From Escherichia phage 236Ecol005PP, in the sequence record PP434423.1: a stretch of 64,000 bases of DNA. The stretch is one strand, 5' to 3'. Numbering within the stretch: the stretch's first letter is position 1; the number at the start of each line of letters is the position of its first letter. Below are positions 54,034-63,050 of this stretch, piece by piece. A program made the translations under genes and the position numbers. Below the pieces are notes generated by a model. The model was given only the letters and a program-made list of their open reading frames with translations. It did not search any database and had not been told where the DNA came from.

Positions 54034-54816
54034 ATGGCAATTGTAGGTGTTCCTGGCTGGATTGGCGAATCTGCCGTGAATGAAACTGGACAACGTTGGA
54101 TGGATGCTGCGATGAAAGCAGTTCGTGTTTCAGTTCCCGGTTGGATGAGCTCAATGGCTGGACAATCTAAAGAAATACATTACAGCATTGGTGCTAGCAA
54201 TTCTTATAATAAAGACACACTAATAAATTGGATAAAAGCTCAAGGAAGTACTCCTGTTGTTATTACAATTACAGGCAATATCGTTTCTCACTCTACCGGC
54301 GTTCCGTGTCTGGATTTCCCTAGTTCGTTGACCAACGCATATGTTACGTTGATCATTAACTCCGGTGTGACTGTCTATGGACGCGGTGGCAATGGTGGTA
54401 GTAACGCTGGTGGTGGCGCTGGTGGTAACGCAATTAATAATGGCATCGGTACACGCTTGCGTATTACGAATAATGGTGCAATCGCTGGAGGTGGTGGCGG
54501 TGGTGGCGGCGGTAACTACGGTAGACTATCATTTGGTGGTGGTGGTGGTCGCCCATTCGGTGCTGGCGGGTCTTCCAATCATATGAGTTCCGGTGCAACC
54601 GCTGGCTCCATTTCCGCTCCAGGTAAAGGATCTGCTGGTGAGGGGTCTCTTCATGTATATAAAGGCGGGAATGGCGGTGAAGTTGGCTCTGCTGGAGGAA
54701 GATGTAATATTCAAGGGAACGGTACAGAATATAACGGCGGCGCAGCAGGTAAAGCTGTTACTGGTAATGCTCCAACTTGGACTAAAGTTGGTACAATATA
54801 TGGTTCAAGAGTATAA
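54034..54816 (+). CDS. 38: gp38 receptor-recognising adhesin (T2 type) with polyglycine tracts
   Basis: 260-aa ORF with several glycine-rich stretches flanking short variable segments. Confidence 0.8.
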   Translation: MAIVGVPGWIGESAVNETGQRWMDAAMKAVRVSVPGWMSSMAGQSKEIHYSIGASNSYNKDTLINWIKAQGSTPVVITITGNIVSHSTGVPCLDFPSSLTNAYVTLIINSGVTVYGRGGNGGSNAGGGAGGNAINNGIGTRLRITNNGAIAGGGGGGGGGNYGRLSFGGGGGRPFGAGGSSNHMSSGATAGSISAPGKGSAGEGSLHVYKGGNGGEVGSAGGRCNIQGNGTEYNGGAAGKAVTGNAPTWTKVGTIYGSRV

Positions 54817-54847
54817 TTTTGAATAAATATCCTTAAAAGGAGGGTCT

Positions 54848-55504
54848 ATGGCAGCACCTAGAATATCATTTTCGCCCTCTGATATTCTGTTTGGTGTTCT
54901 AGATCGCTTGTTCAAAGATAACGCTACCGGGAATGTTCTTGCTTCCCGGGTAGCTGTCGTAATTCTTTTGTTTATAATGGCGATTGTTTGGTATAGGGGA
55001 GATAGTTTCTTTGAGTACTATAAGCAATCAAAGTATGAAACATACAGTGAAATTATTGAAAAGGAAAGAAATGCACGCTTTGAATCTGTCGCCCTGGAAC
55101 AACTCCAGATAGTTCATATATCATCTGAGGCAGACTTTAGTGCGGTGTATTCTTTCCGCCCTAAAAACTTAAACTATTTTGTTGATATTATAGCATATGA
55201 AGGAAGACTACCTTCAACAATAACCGAAAAATCACTTGGAGGATATCCTGTTGATAAAACTATGGATGAATATACAGTTCATTTAAATGGACGTCATTAT
55301 TATTCCAACTCAAAATTTGCTTTTTTACCGACTAAAAAGCCTACTCCCGAAATAAATTACATGTACAGTTGTCCATATTTTAATTTGGATAACATCTATG
55401 CTGGAACAATAACCATGTACTGGTATAGAAATGATCATATAAGTAATGACCGCCTTGAATCAATATGTTCTCAGGCGGCCAGAATATTAGGAAGGGCTAA
55501 ATAA
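54848..55504 (+). CDS. t: holin T
   Basis: 218-aa ORF with single N-terminal TMD and large periplasmic domain. Confidence 0.9.
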   Translation: MAAPRISFSPSDILFGVLDRLFKDNATGNVLASRVAVVILLFIMAIVWYRGDSFFEYYKQSKYETYSEIIEKERNARFESVALEQLQIVHISSEADFSAVYSFRPKNLNYFVDIIAYEGRLPSTITEKSLGGYPVDKTMDEYTVHLNGRHYYSNSKFAFLPTKKPTPEINYMYSCPYFNLDNIYAGTITMYWYRNDHISNDRLESICSQAARILGRAK

Positions 55505-55777
55505 TTATTTGTTTGTATACATCTCTAGATATCGATATACACCCTCAAAACCCTCGTTGAATTCGTCGATGAGGGTTTTCTTATTTTCTTGGGTTAATTC
55601 AGAAACAATTTTACGGAATGAATTCTGATTCAACTTTCTACCTTCATGCGTTACTCCAATCTCATTCAGAAATGCGATAAAATTAACACGATTCTCAACA
55701 ATATCTTCTCTGGAAAATTTAATCAAAATAGATGCAACAGTAATAATTTCACGAACTGTATCAATGTTTTTATTCAT
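55505..55777 (-). CDS. asiA: anti-sigma-70 factor AsiA
   Basis: 90-aa ORF MNKNIDTVREI..., T4 AsiA length. Confidence 0.9.
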   Translation of the reverse strand: MNKNIDTVREIITVASILIKFSREDIVENRVNFIAFLNEIGVTHEGRKLNQNSFRKIVSELTQENKKTLIDEFNEGFEGVYRYLEMYTNK

Positions 55778-55808
55778 TAACTACACCACTCAATTAGTTG
55801 ACTTTATT

Positions 55809-55838
55809 ATAATATCATCAGACGCTTGATTTGTAAAC
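55809..55838 (-). promoter_or_regulatory. T4-type early promoter for asiA
   Basis: GTTTACA, 17 nt, TGaTATTAT. Confidence 0.5.
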
Positions 55839-55938
55839 TGGTCTGTGTTATTTTCTTCAAAAATTTTTTCTACGAATTCCTTGAACGACTCACGTTCCTG
55901 AGCTACATTATGCTCGATTACCTTTTCAAGATTATGAC

Positions 55939-56217
55939 TCATTCGAAATAATCTTCAATTTCGTAATCATGGACATAAATCATTATAGTTTTTAATACAT
56001 CATCAATACTTTTTCCTGGAGCTGGAATTACGTAAAAATATCCTGCTTTTGAGAGGTCTTTATAAGTTCCAACCAAGAAATCATTATTCTCAAGATGTAG
56101 TTCTTCAACTAATTCATCGACAATTGAGTGGTATAAATTTGGTAGAAACTTATATAGCTTTTCTAGAATGTCAATTTTGATTGTATATTGAACCACAGAT
56201 TGAGAATCAATAATCAT
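55939..56217 (-). CDS. arn: Arn anti-restriction protein (McrBC inhibitor)
   Basis: 92-aa acidic ORF, synteny. Confidence 0.8.
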   Translation of the reverse strand: MIIDSQSVVQYTIKIDILEKLYKFLPNLYHSIVDELVEELHLENNDFLVGTYKDLSKAGYFYVIPAPGKSIDDVLKTIMIYVHDYEIEDYFE

Positions 56218-56300
56218 AGACCTTCCCCTTATGTTTCTGTTTGCGATTAGATTCTTTAAACGCTTTCTTCTTATCTTTATGAACAGAAGCTTTATTAAAA

Positions 56301-56519
56301 TTATGTTTTGCGACTAAATTGTTCATAGTGCTGAATTACCTCTCTTAAACATTTGCATGTGAATGAAAACTTTTTAGCTACACCACATTCAAATATATGT
56401 TCTCTTAAATCACTTGTATCAGTATATCCCATCTCAACGATAAAATGCCGTATTAGATTTTTATCTTTATCATTGAGAGAATTAAAATAATCGGATTTTG
56501 AATTAATTTCCCTGGCCAA
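56301..56519 (-). CDS. hypothetical protein (arn.x series)
   Basis: 72-aa ORF. Confidence 0.45.
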   Translation of the reverse strand: MAREINSKSDYFNSLNDKDKNLIRHFIVEMGYTDTSDLREHIFECGVAKKFSFTCKCLREVIQHYEQFSRKT

Positions 56520-56799
56520 ATTGAATCACCTTCAGTTGACGTTTTAGCTCTTTTATCATCTCTTCGTTCATCGCAATATAAAGATCGCGTAAAGCAGGTT
56601 TTAACATTCCATTTATTGGAGAACTAAATGGACACACATAATCTTTTCCTACGAGCTTTTTAGTGAATTCCATATTACAGAACTGAAATGCCGGTTCATT
56701 GGCATAAATTCCCCATTTAGTTGACATCATTTTATTGGCATATTCCAATGCCTGGATTTGATTCATAATTCCATCAATTTGAAACTTTTTAATATTCAT
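56503..56799 (-). CDS. hypothetical protein (arn.x series)
   Basis: 98-aa ORF. Confidence 0.5.
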   Translation of the reverse strand: MNIKKFQIDGIMNQIQALEYANKMMSTKWGIYANEPAFQFCNMEFTKKLVGKDYVCPFSSPINGMLKPALRDLYIAMNEEMIKELKRQLKVIQFGQGN

Positions 56800-57260
56800 T
56801 AGTAAAGGTCCTCAGAGTAAAGTTCTTTTTCACTACCACCACGTTCAATGCGTACTTGTCCAGCGTAAGTTGCAATAATCATTGCTTCTTCACGTGTCCA
56901 ATAATTACTATATTGGTCAATAAACCCTTGGTCATCATCACAAACTTGCTGAGTAACTAATTGAGGTTTAACTACATCTAAAACTGCTGCCATATCTTTA
57001 GAATAATGACGAACACCCGGAATAATAAGAGTTCGTCCATCTTTTAATTTAAAACGGTTGGCTGCGCAAACAATTCGTCGTTGATACTTTTGGTTTTCAT
57101 CCCAGTATGCGGTCTGCCAACAGATTTCAGGAACTTCTGTAAGAATATCTTCTTCTGTGCATTTATAACCATGTGCTTTAAATTTTTCAACAAGACTTTC
57201 TGGAGTTTCACGAGATAAAGGAACATTCAGCATTTTTAAACGATTAATAAATGGGTTCAT
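56799..57260 (-). CDS. hypothetical protein (arn.x series)
   Basis: 153-aa ORF. Confidence 0.55.
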   Translation of the reverse strand: MNPFINRLKMLNVPLSRETPESLVEKFKAHGYKCTEEDILTEVPEICWQTAYWDENQKYQRRIVCAANRFKLKDGRTLIIPGVRHYSKDMAAVLDVVKPQLVTQQVCDDDQGFIDQYSNYWTREEAMIIATYAGQVRIERGGSEKELYSEDLY

Positions 57261-57586
57261 TTAAACCATCCTTTAATACGTTGCCACAAAGTTTTCTGTT
57301 GAGCTTTGTTAACACCAATTGAGCGAATAACTGGTTGAGATTCCTGAAATTCTTTATAATCAGCAAGGTAAATTTCGTAAGCTGAATCTGTAAAAGAACT
57401 TATCGCTGCCATGAAATTATTGCGAATACCTACTGGAGCATCTTTACTTTCACGAATAATCATGTATTTGCCAGTCTTAATCTTTACGATGGTTCCAAGA
57501 TAAGCTCCATGGTACCAGATATCCCATCCCTCTTGAGTGGGTTCTGCACAACGACGAAGTTCATTGATAATTTCTAACTTGTTCAT
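57257..57586 (-). CDS. hypothetical protein (arn.x series)
   Basis: 109-aa ORF. Confidence 0.5.
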   Translation of the reverse strand: MNKLEIINELRRCAEPTQEGWDIWYHGAYLGTIVKIKTGKYMIIRESKDAPVGIRNNFMAAISSFTDSAYEIYLADYKEFQESQPVIRSIGVNKAQQKTLWQRIKGWFK

Positions 57587-57596
57587 TATTTATTCC

Positions 57597-58232
57597 TCAC
57601 AGTTCAGATGCTACGGTGATTACAGCTTCAATGTTTTCTGCCGAGCGTTTAATGTCAAGATACACATTACCATTTTTAGCGATTTTACATGACATTCCGA
57701 TATCAGTAAATTTCTGAATATGATGTTCCATCATTTTGTATCCAAAAATTCGCATATTTCCATTGTTGTTAATTTCAAAATTACGAATTCCATGAGTGCG
57801 TTTTTCTAAAATAGCGAGATAGTTACTGCGATAAATTTCAATCTTTTTAACAACAAATCTGGTTTCATTTAAAAGTTTTAACATGAAATCTTTATCTTCT
57901 TCCATATCAGAAGTAATTTCACGAGCTTTACGAGTTGCTCGTTTTTTCAGTAGTTCCGGAGCATTTTCCTGTGCGTATAAAGTTGCTGCATTTGAAATAA
58001 TATCCTGAGCTTCACCCGTAATGATTAATCCATCACCAGATTTCTCCACCAGGCCTTTTTTAATCAATACCCCAATATTACTATTAACTACTGCGTTACC
58101 TAAATCTGGATGCACCTCACGAACTTCTGCAGCTGTAATGAAATCTTTCTTAGCAATGGTAATTAAAATCGCAGCAGTTTTTTCATTCAGAACATCGTTA
58201 GAAGCTTTGATGATGTAAGTTACTTTAGACAT
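57597..58232 (-). CDS. motA: MotA middle-transcription activator
   Basis: 211-aa ORF, T4 MotA length and sequence character. Confidence 0.9.
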   Translation of the reverse strand: MSKVTYIIKASNDVLNEKTAAILITIAKKDFITAAEVREVHPDLGNAVVNSNIGVLIKKGLVEKSGDGLIITGEAQDIISNAATLYAQENAPELLKKRATRKAREITSDMEEDKDFMLKLLNETRFVVKKIEIYRSNYLAILEKRTHGIRNFEINNNGNMRIFGYKMMEHHIQKFTDIGMSCKIAKNGNVYLDIKRSAENIEAVITVASEL

Positions 58233-58273
58233 TTTCTAATCTCCGTAATTCTGTATCAGTAGTTGATAGTTGT

Positions 58274-58303
58274 ATAGTACCACAGTATGCTTTGGTTGTA
58301 AAC
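58274..58303 (-). promoter_or_regulatory. T4-type early promoter for motA
   Basis: GTTTACA, 17 nt, TGgTACTAT with upstream A/T tract. Confidence 0.5.
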
Positions 58304-58327
58304 CGTTTTGTGAAAAAATTTTTGAAA

Positions 58328-58354
58328 TAAAAAAGGGAGAGCCTCGGCTCTCCC
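58328..58354 (-). terminator. intrinsic terminator
   Basis: GGGAGAGCC-GAG-GCTCTCCC hairpin followed by T-run on minus strand. Confidence 0.6.
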
Positions 58355-58360
58355 TAAAAT

Positions 58361-58510
58361 TTACTGCATGACTGTGATAACTGTCATGATAACACGTTGA
58401 ATGCCGAACGCAAGAAGACCTCCTGCTACGGCTGGAACAACACCTAAACCCGCCAGTAAAATGCTACCAGATACTAATGCCGCGCTTGTAATACCTATGA
58501 ATGGACTCAT
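58361..58510 (-). CDS. small hydrophobic membrane peptide (T4 motA.1 position)
   Basis: 49-aa ORF below track threshold; ATGA overlap with gene 52 stop. Confidence 0.4.
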   Translation of the reverse strand: MSPFIGITSAALVSGSILLAGLGVVPAVAGGLLAFGIQRVIMTVITVMQ

Positions 58511-59835
58511 TTGATTTCCTCTAAATCTTTAGTGTATTCGGTAACTACATCAGTAGTTTTCCAATATTCGTTTTCTTCTTTCTTAGCTTTAGCTTCTTCA
58601 GCAAGTTTCTTTGCTTCATCAGAAGTCATATGAAAAATATTCATTCCGACTAGTTTATCAACATAAGAAGAATACATATCAATTTTAGAAAGTTCTTCGG
58701 TCAGTTCTTTACGAGTTTTACCCTGCACAACAATTTCACCTGAAATTACTTTCTTAATGAAATGCGCCTTGGCAAAGGCTAAACGAAATGCTGATTCAGT
58801 TTCTTTGATTTTGTTATCAATTCGTTTTTGGACATAATCTTTACGAACTTCAACGAAGTCTTTGATTAAATCAACTACGTTGTCATAAACTTGCAGCTTT
58901 CCTTTCTCGTTGATGACTGTAATATTCTGAGAACGACGCTCAATCAACCCGAAGTCTTTCATGATTTTTGCATGGCGTTCTTCTTCGTTATCACTCAAAG
59001 AATATTCTTTGCGGAATTTAACTTTAAAGCCAAAACCATGCTCACCACAAGCATCATCCCATGTAATGAAGCCCTTATCTTCAAGCGGGTCTAAGATTTT
59101 ACTCACATAAGTTTCGCGATCATACTTATATGGAATCTCAGTGATATGCATTTGGGTTCGTGAAGTAAACTTGTACGTTCCACGAATTTCATATTGCCCA
59201 TCAATTTCAACGACTTCACCACGAAATTCTGGGAATTCTACCTTCGGTTTAGTTACTTTCTTTCCTTGGAGAGCTTGCAATACAGCTTTCTTGACAGAAG
59301 AAACACTATGAGGAAGAATGTAAGTTGCATAACCAGTTGCAATACCGGAAACGCCATTAAGAAGAACAGTAGGAATAATAGGCAAATAGAAAGCAGGCGG
59401 AATGTGTTCTTTATCTTGATGTACCGGAGCATATTCAGTATCTTTATATACGTTATAGAAATTTTTACTTACACGAGCAAAAATATAACGACTTGCTGCT
59501 GCCTTTTGGACAGTACGAGAACCAAAGTTTCCTTGACCATCTAACAAAGGAAAGTTATTATTCCAAGTGTTAGCCATCAAAGCACCTGCGTCTTGCGCAG
59601 AGATTTCACCATGATGATATCCAAGGTCCGCTACACCGCCTGCAATAGAAGCAAGTTTGTGAAACTTATCTTTATTTCCTCGTGCCAAATCAAGAGCTCG
59701 AGCAATAACAAATCGTTGAACTGGCTTAAATCCATCAATCATATTTGGAATAGCACGATTTTCAACCGTGTACATAGCATAAGCCAATGCTTCGTTATCA
59801 ATGATACTTTTTAAATCGCGATTATTCAGTTGCAT
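58507..59835 (-). CDS. 52: topoisomerase II medium subunit gp52
   Basis: 442-aa ORF, synteny. Confidence 0.9.
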   Translation of the reverse strand: MQLNNRDLKSIIDNEALAYAMYTVENRAIPNMIDGFKPVQRFVIARALDLARGNKDKFHKLASIAGGVADLGYHHGEISAQDAGALMANTWNNNFPLLDGQGNFGSRTVQKAAASRYIFARVSKNFYNVYKDTEYAPVHQDKEHIPPAFYLPIIPTVLLNGVSGIATGYATYILPHSVSSVKKAVLQALQGKKVTKPKVEFPEFRGEVVEIDGQYEIRGTYKFTSRTQMHITEIPYKYDRETYVSKILDPLEDKGFITWDDACGEHGFGFKVKFRKEYSLSDNEEERHAKIMKDFGLIERRSQNITVINEKGKLQVYDNVVDLIKDFVEVRKDYVQKRIDNKIKETESAFRLAFAKAHFIKKVISGEIVVQGKTRKELTEELSKIDMYSSYVDKLVGMNIFHMTSDEAKKLAEEAKAKKEENEYWKTTDVVTEYTKDLEEIK

Positions 59836-59839
59836 AAAT

Positions 59840-59980
59840 TTACCATACTAGTGAATGTAGTGCCATAATAACATCAGAAATGAAAAGCACGACTTGAATT
59901 AATCCGAACATTACTCCATAATATAGCGCTACCAATAAAGTAGCAAGGGCTAATGAATAGCCCAAGATTTTCTTAATCAT
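59840..59980 (-). CDS. small hydrophobic membrane peptide (T4 52.1 position)
   Basis: 46-aa ORF below track threshold. Confidence 0.4.
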   Translation of the reverse strand: MIKKILGYSLALATLLVALYYGVMFGLIQVVLFISDVIMALHSLVW

Positions 59981-60131
59981 TAGTAGATAGCAACACAAAT
60001 GTTAAATATGCACACATACCCTGGGCCAAAGCTTGTGAAAACACACTGCTAGCATCGATACAGATAGTTAAAACACATGCTACTATCCAACAAATAAATG
60101 AAATAACTCCTAATAATTTTGCGATATTCAT
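59973..60131 (-). CDS. ac: small membrane protein, probable Ac (acriflavine sensitivity)
   Basis: 52-aa hydrophobic ORF at the T4 ac position. Confidence 0.45.
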   Translation of the reverse strand: MNIAKLLGVISFICWIVACVLTICIDASSVFSQALAQGMCAYLTFVLLSTND

Positions 60132-60138
60132 ATTTTCC

Positions 60139-60219
60139 TCACTGGCGTCCGAAGACGCCTTTAGTTTTAAGATTGTTACGATAGAACTGCATCACATGTT
60201 CGTTATGGAAATTGCTCAT
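60139..60219 (-). CDS. stp: Stp peptide (activator of host PrrC anticodon nuclease)
   Basis: 26-aa [29 protein letters not shown] with TAATG overlap to ndd. Confidence 0.8.
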
Positions 60220-60674
60220 TAATATGCCTGCAAAACAAATTTAAAATTATCAGCCAACATACGGTTCATTTCTTCAAGTGTTTGATACTCAGAATGATGA
60301 TTACGAGTAAACGCCAGAGCTAACTGACCTTTTCCGAATCCAGCCGTCAGAGGTTTCATCTTAGAAGCAGGCAAATAAAATACCGTGTATGGAACATTAT
60401 TATTTGCAATAGTACGCGCAAGCTGAGACCGACGCTGACGAATATGACTTAGAACTGCACTGAACCCTTGTTTAGAACGCTGATTACCTACATAAAATCG
60501 TGCAGATACACACGGACTATCAAATGGACCACCAAATTTACTCACTAAAAAGTAAAATCCAGGTGTAGATAAAATGTCTTTATGCGGAGTTCCAAAAACC
60601 CATTCACCACCCTTGATTGTACCAATAACAGTTGCGCCTGCATTATTCAAATCAGTAACAGTCATATATTTCAT
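60219..60674 (-). CDS. ndd: Ndd nucleoid disruption protein
   Basis: ORF-track ORF trimmed to the MKYMTV start (151 aa) with GAGGAA RBS. Confidence 0.85.
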
Positions 60675-60734
60675 GTTAATTTCCTCTAAATTATTTTCTA
60701 CTCCAAGGCCGCATGAATACATACGGCCGATAAA

Positions 60735-60950
60735 TTAATCGTCGCAGTCGACGCTCAATTCCCAGAACTCTTCTACAGTATAAGTTTCAGTATCATTTTC
60801 AATACAGAAACGTTCATTACTGTTATTTGCTAAAGTAGCGTTAACTGTCATTTTCTCGCTGGTGCTCTTAAGAGGCGAAATACGAATTAACTGATCACCA
60901 TTATCTAAACAGAAAATTTCACCAACTTTTACATCTTTAAAAATTTTCAT
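60735..60950 (-). CDS. hypothetical protein (ndd.x series)
   Basis: 71-aa ORF with GAGGTG RBS. Confidence 0.5.
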   Translation of the reverse strand: MKIFKDVKVGEIFCLDNGDQLIRISPLKSTSEKMTVNATLANNSNERFCIENDTETYTVEEFWELSVDCDD

Positions 60951-61065
60951 AATTCACCTCAAGGAGTATAAAATCCAAATGCAGTTGTTGACCATCCCAT
61001 CCAATATGGGAAATTTGCGCCAATGTAAAACATGAGAATATAAAACCAACCACTCAGCAAATTCA

Positions 61066-61284
61066 TCATTTTACGCCATTCCAAATTGTTTCAACCACAG
61101 ATTTCAAACCATTTTGGTGAATATCCATTCCGACAACTGCCATCAAATAGATTCCAACCACAACTGAACCTAAAGCGAAAATCAGCATGAAAATGAATAA
61201 AGCTGGAAAAATATTATCGAAAAACCATTCAATAAATGTAAAAGCACTGCGTTTACGCTTCATATTTTCCTCACATAAATCCAA
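61066..61284 (-). CDS. small membrane protein (ndd.x series)
   Basis: 72-aa ORF with hydrophobic core. Confidence 0.45.
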   Translation of the reverse strand: MDLCEENMKRKRSAFTFIEWFFDNIFPALFIFMLIFALGSVVVGIYLMAVVGMDIHQNGLKSVVETIWNGVK

Positions 61285-61384
61285 AGTAAGCGTTTAATAC
61301 ATCAATCATTAAAACGATTGGGAATATACTCAAAACTACTAATATTATAACTACATTCCATATAGCTTTAACAATCTTTTTCAT
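61271..61384 (-). CDS. small membrane peptide (ndd.x series)
   Basis: ORF-track ORF trimmed to the ATG with GGAGG RBS (37 aa) downstream of an early promoter. Confidence 0.4.
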   Translation of the reverse strand: MKKIVKAIWNVVIILVVLSIFPIVLMIDVLNAYFGFM

Positions 61385-61412
61385 TTTCTGTTCCTCCGTA
61401 GTTGATAAGGTA

Positions 61413-61442
61413 ATAATACCACAGAGGAACAGTCTTGTAAAC
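61413..61442 (-). promoter_or_regulatory. T4-type early promoter
   Basis: GTTTACA, 17 nt, TGgTATTAT. Confidence 0.45.
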
Positions 61443-61627
61443 AACTTTTTTAAAAATATTCGTAATAAATGTGAATACCAACTACTACCGCTGAAACTTG
61501 TGCAACCCACCACGCACAAGCAATAAGTACAGAATTCAAAATTTTCATAATAACCTCATCACAAAAGTAAATGTTAAACAAATTAATGGAATACTAATTA
61601 ACCAAACAAAACACCACCACAATGAAC

Positions 61628-61939
61628 TCATAGTTCAATCTCAGCGATTTTCATTTCATTACTATTAATAGCCGCTTTAAGACTATCTGAAAGAATTACA
61701 TCCCAGTGGTCATTCATATGACCATTAACTAAACGTGTAATTTCTTCGGGAGTTGAAAAATAAGGCGTATCAGACTCCCAATGCGATAGTCCCAAGCGAG
61801 TATAAATCATACCTTCATCATCGCTAGAATATTCAACTGACACAAACTTATCAGTTATTTTATGTTTAGCGTAATAAAATTTAAATTTCATTTTACTCAA
61901 TAATCCGCTAAAAGATCGACGATTGCATCGCGAAGACAC
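61628..61939 (-). CDS. hypothetical protein (ndd.x series)
   Basis: 103-aa ORF. Confidence 0.5.
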   Translation of the reverse strand: MSSRCNRRSFSGLLSKMKFKFYYAKHKITDKFVSVEYSSDDEGMIYTRLGLSHWESDTPYFSTPEEITRLVNGHMNDHWDVILSDSLKAAINSNEMKIAEIEL

Positions 61940-62103
61940 TTATTCGCAATACGTTTAAGAGCAATTTCAGTTTCTGGAGCATTTTGAATAATCATTGAAT
62001 TCAATTCAGCCTCAGCAAACTGAAGTTCTTTAACTAATTCAGCTTTATATTTTCCTTGCCCTTTCTTAGCTTTTGCTCGTTTTAATTCAGCTGTAGTAAA
62101 CAT
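61897..62103 (-). CDS. hypothetical protein (ndd.x series)
   Basis: ORF-track ORF trimmed to the ATG with RBS (68 aa) downstream of an early promoter. Confidence 0.45.
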   Translation of the reverse strand: MFTTAELKRAKAKKGQGKYKAELVKELQFAEAELNSMIIQNAPETEIALKRIANKCLRDAIVDLLADY

Positions 62104-62137
62104 TTTATTCTCCAAATCCGTATCAGTTGATAGTTGT

Positions 62138-62167
62138 ATAGTACCACAGTCCTTGTGGTATGTAAAC
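62138..62167 (-). promoter_or_regulatory. T4-type early promoter
   Basis: GTTTACA, 17 nt, TGgTACTAT. Confidence 0.45.
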
Positions 62168-62183
62168 CGTTTTGTGAAAATTT

Positions 62184-62741
62184 TTAAATGGAAAGATACC
62201 ATCCGTTGTAGTTGCTTTTTCTTACAACTTTACGAAGGTCTTCTCTATCACCGATGAACTTCGGAGTGTATTGGATGACACCTGGATGAATTTCTTTAGT
62301 GTTGAATATAATTATACAGTCAGCGACTTGGTGATTCAGAATGGGCCCTAGATTTATTCCAGAACCGTATGGATACTCTCCGCTGCATCCGGTTGTTACC
62401 GAAATCCAACGTGAGTCAGTTTGATGTGTTTTGACTTCTACACGAAGCCCACAGTATTTTGGGTGTGCCAATACATCCCACGCATATGTATACGGGTCAT
62501 TAACATCCTCTTGACCTTTGTTAACATACCCGCTTAGCCAATCTGCTACAAAAAACTCTGCATACACGGCGATACGGCATCTTTCGATGACTTCTGCTTT
62601 ATCCTGATTAGGATTTTGTTTTAAAGAGTATCTTGCTGTATCAGCAATTTTGACCTTCATTTCACTAGTCAAGTCATTGTTCGATAGGGTAAATGTTGGA
62701 ATCTGAAATAGTCTCTGTAAACCCGGATTCGTTTTCTGCAT
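62184..62741 (-). CDS. denB: endonuclease IV
   Basis: 185-aa ORF, synteny. Confidence 0.85.
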   Translation of the reverse strand: MQKTNPGLQRLFQIPTFTLSNNDLTSEMKVKIADTARYSLKQNPNQDKAEVIERCRIAVYAEFFVADWLSGYVNKGQEDVNDPYTYAWDVLAHPKYCGLRVEVKTHQTDSRWISVTTGCSGEYPYGSGINLGPILNHQVADCIIIFNTKEIHPGVIQYTPKFIGDREDLRKVVRKSNYNGWYLSI

Positions 62742-62827
62742 TAAACTTTCCTTTTACGTCGGAATCACTGATGTTAATATAATAAATCATAGTTTCCCTT
62801 AAAACAAAAGGGCCGAAGCCCTTTACT

Positions 62828-63022
62828 TTATTTGAATTGTGCAATTCTTTTCTCTAAACAATCTGCATAAGATTTCATTGAGATAAACTGCGAAAGCAGT
62901 AATTCTTGCTCAACTTCATTAATCGTTAGAAACTTTGTGCTTTCTAAAAATTTGCTCAGTGCATTAATTTTGAGCATTAATTGATCGTATTCTTCTTTTA
63001 CTCGTGCTTGATAACCTAACAT
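62828..63022 (-). CDS. hypothetical protein (T4 denB.1 position)
   Basis: 64-aa ORF followed by hairpin. Confidence 0.5.
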   Translation of the reverse strand: MLGYQARVKEEYDQLMLKINALSKFLESTKFLTINEVEQELLLSQFISMKSYADCLEKRIAQFK

Positions 63023-63050
63023 AATTTTCCTTAGTTAAGGGCCGAAGCCC

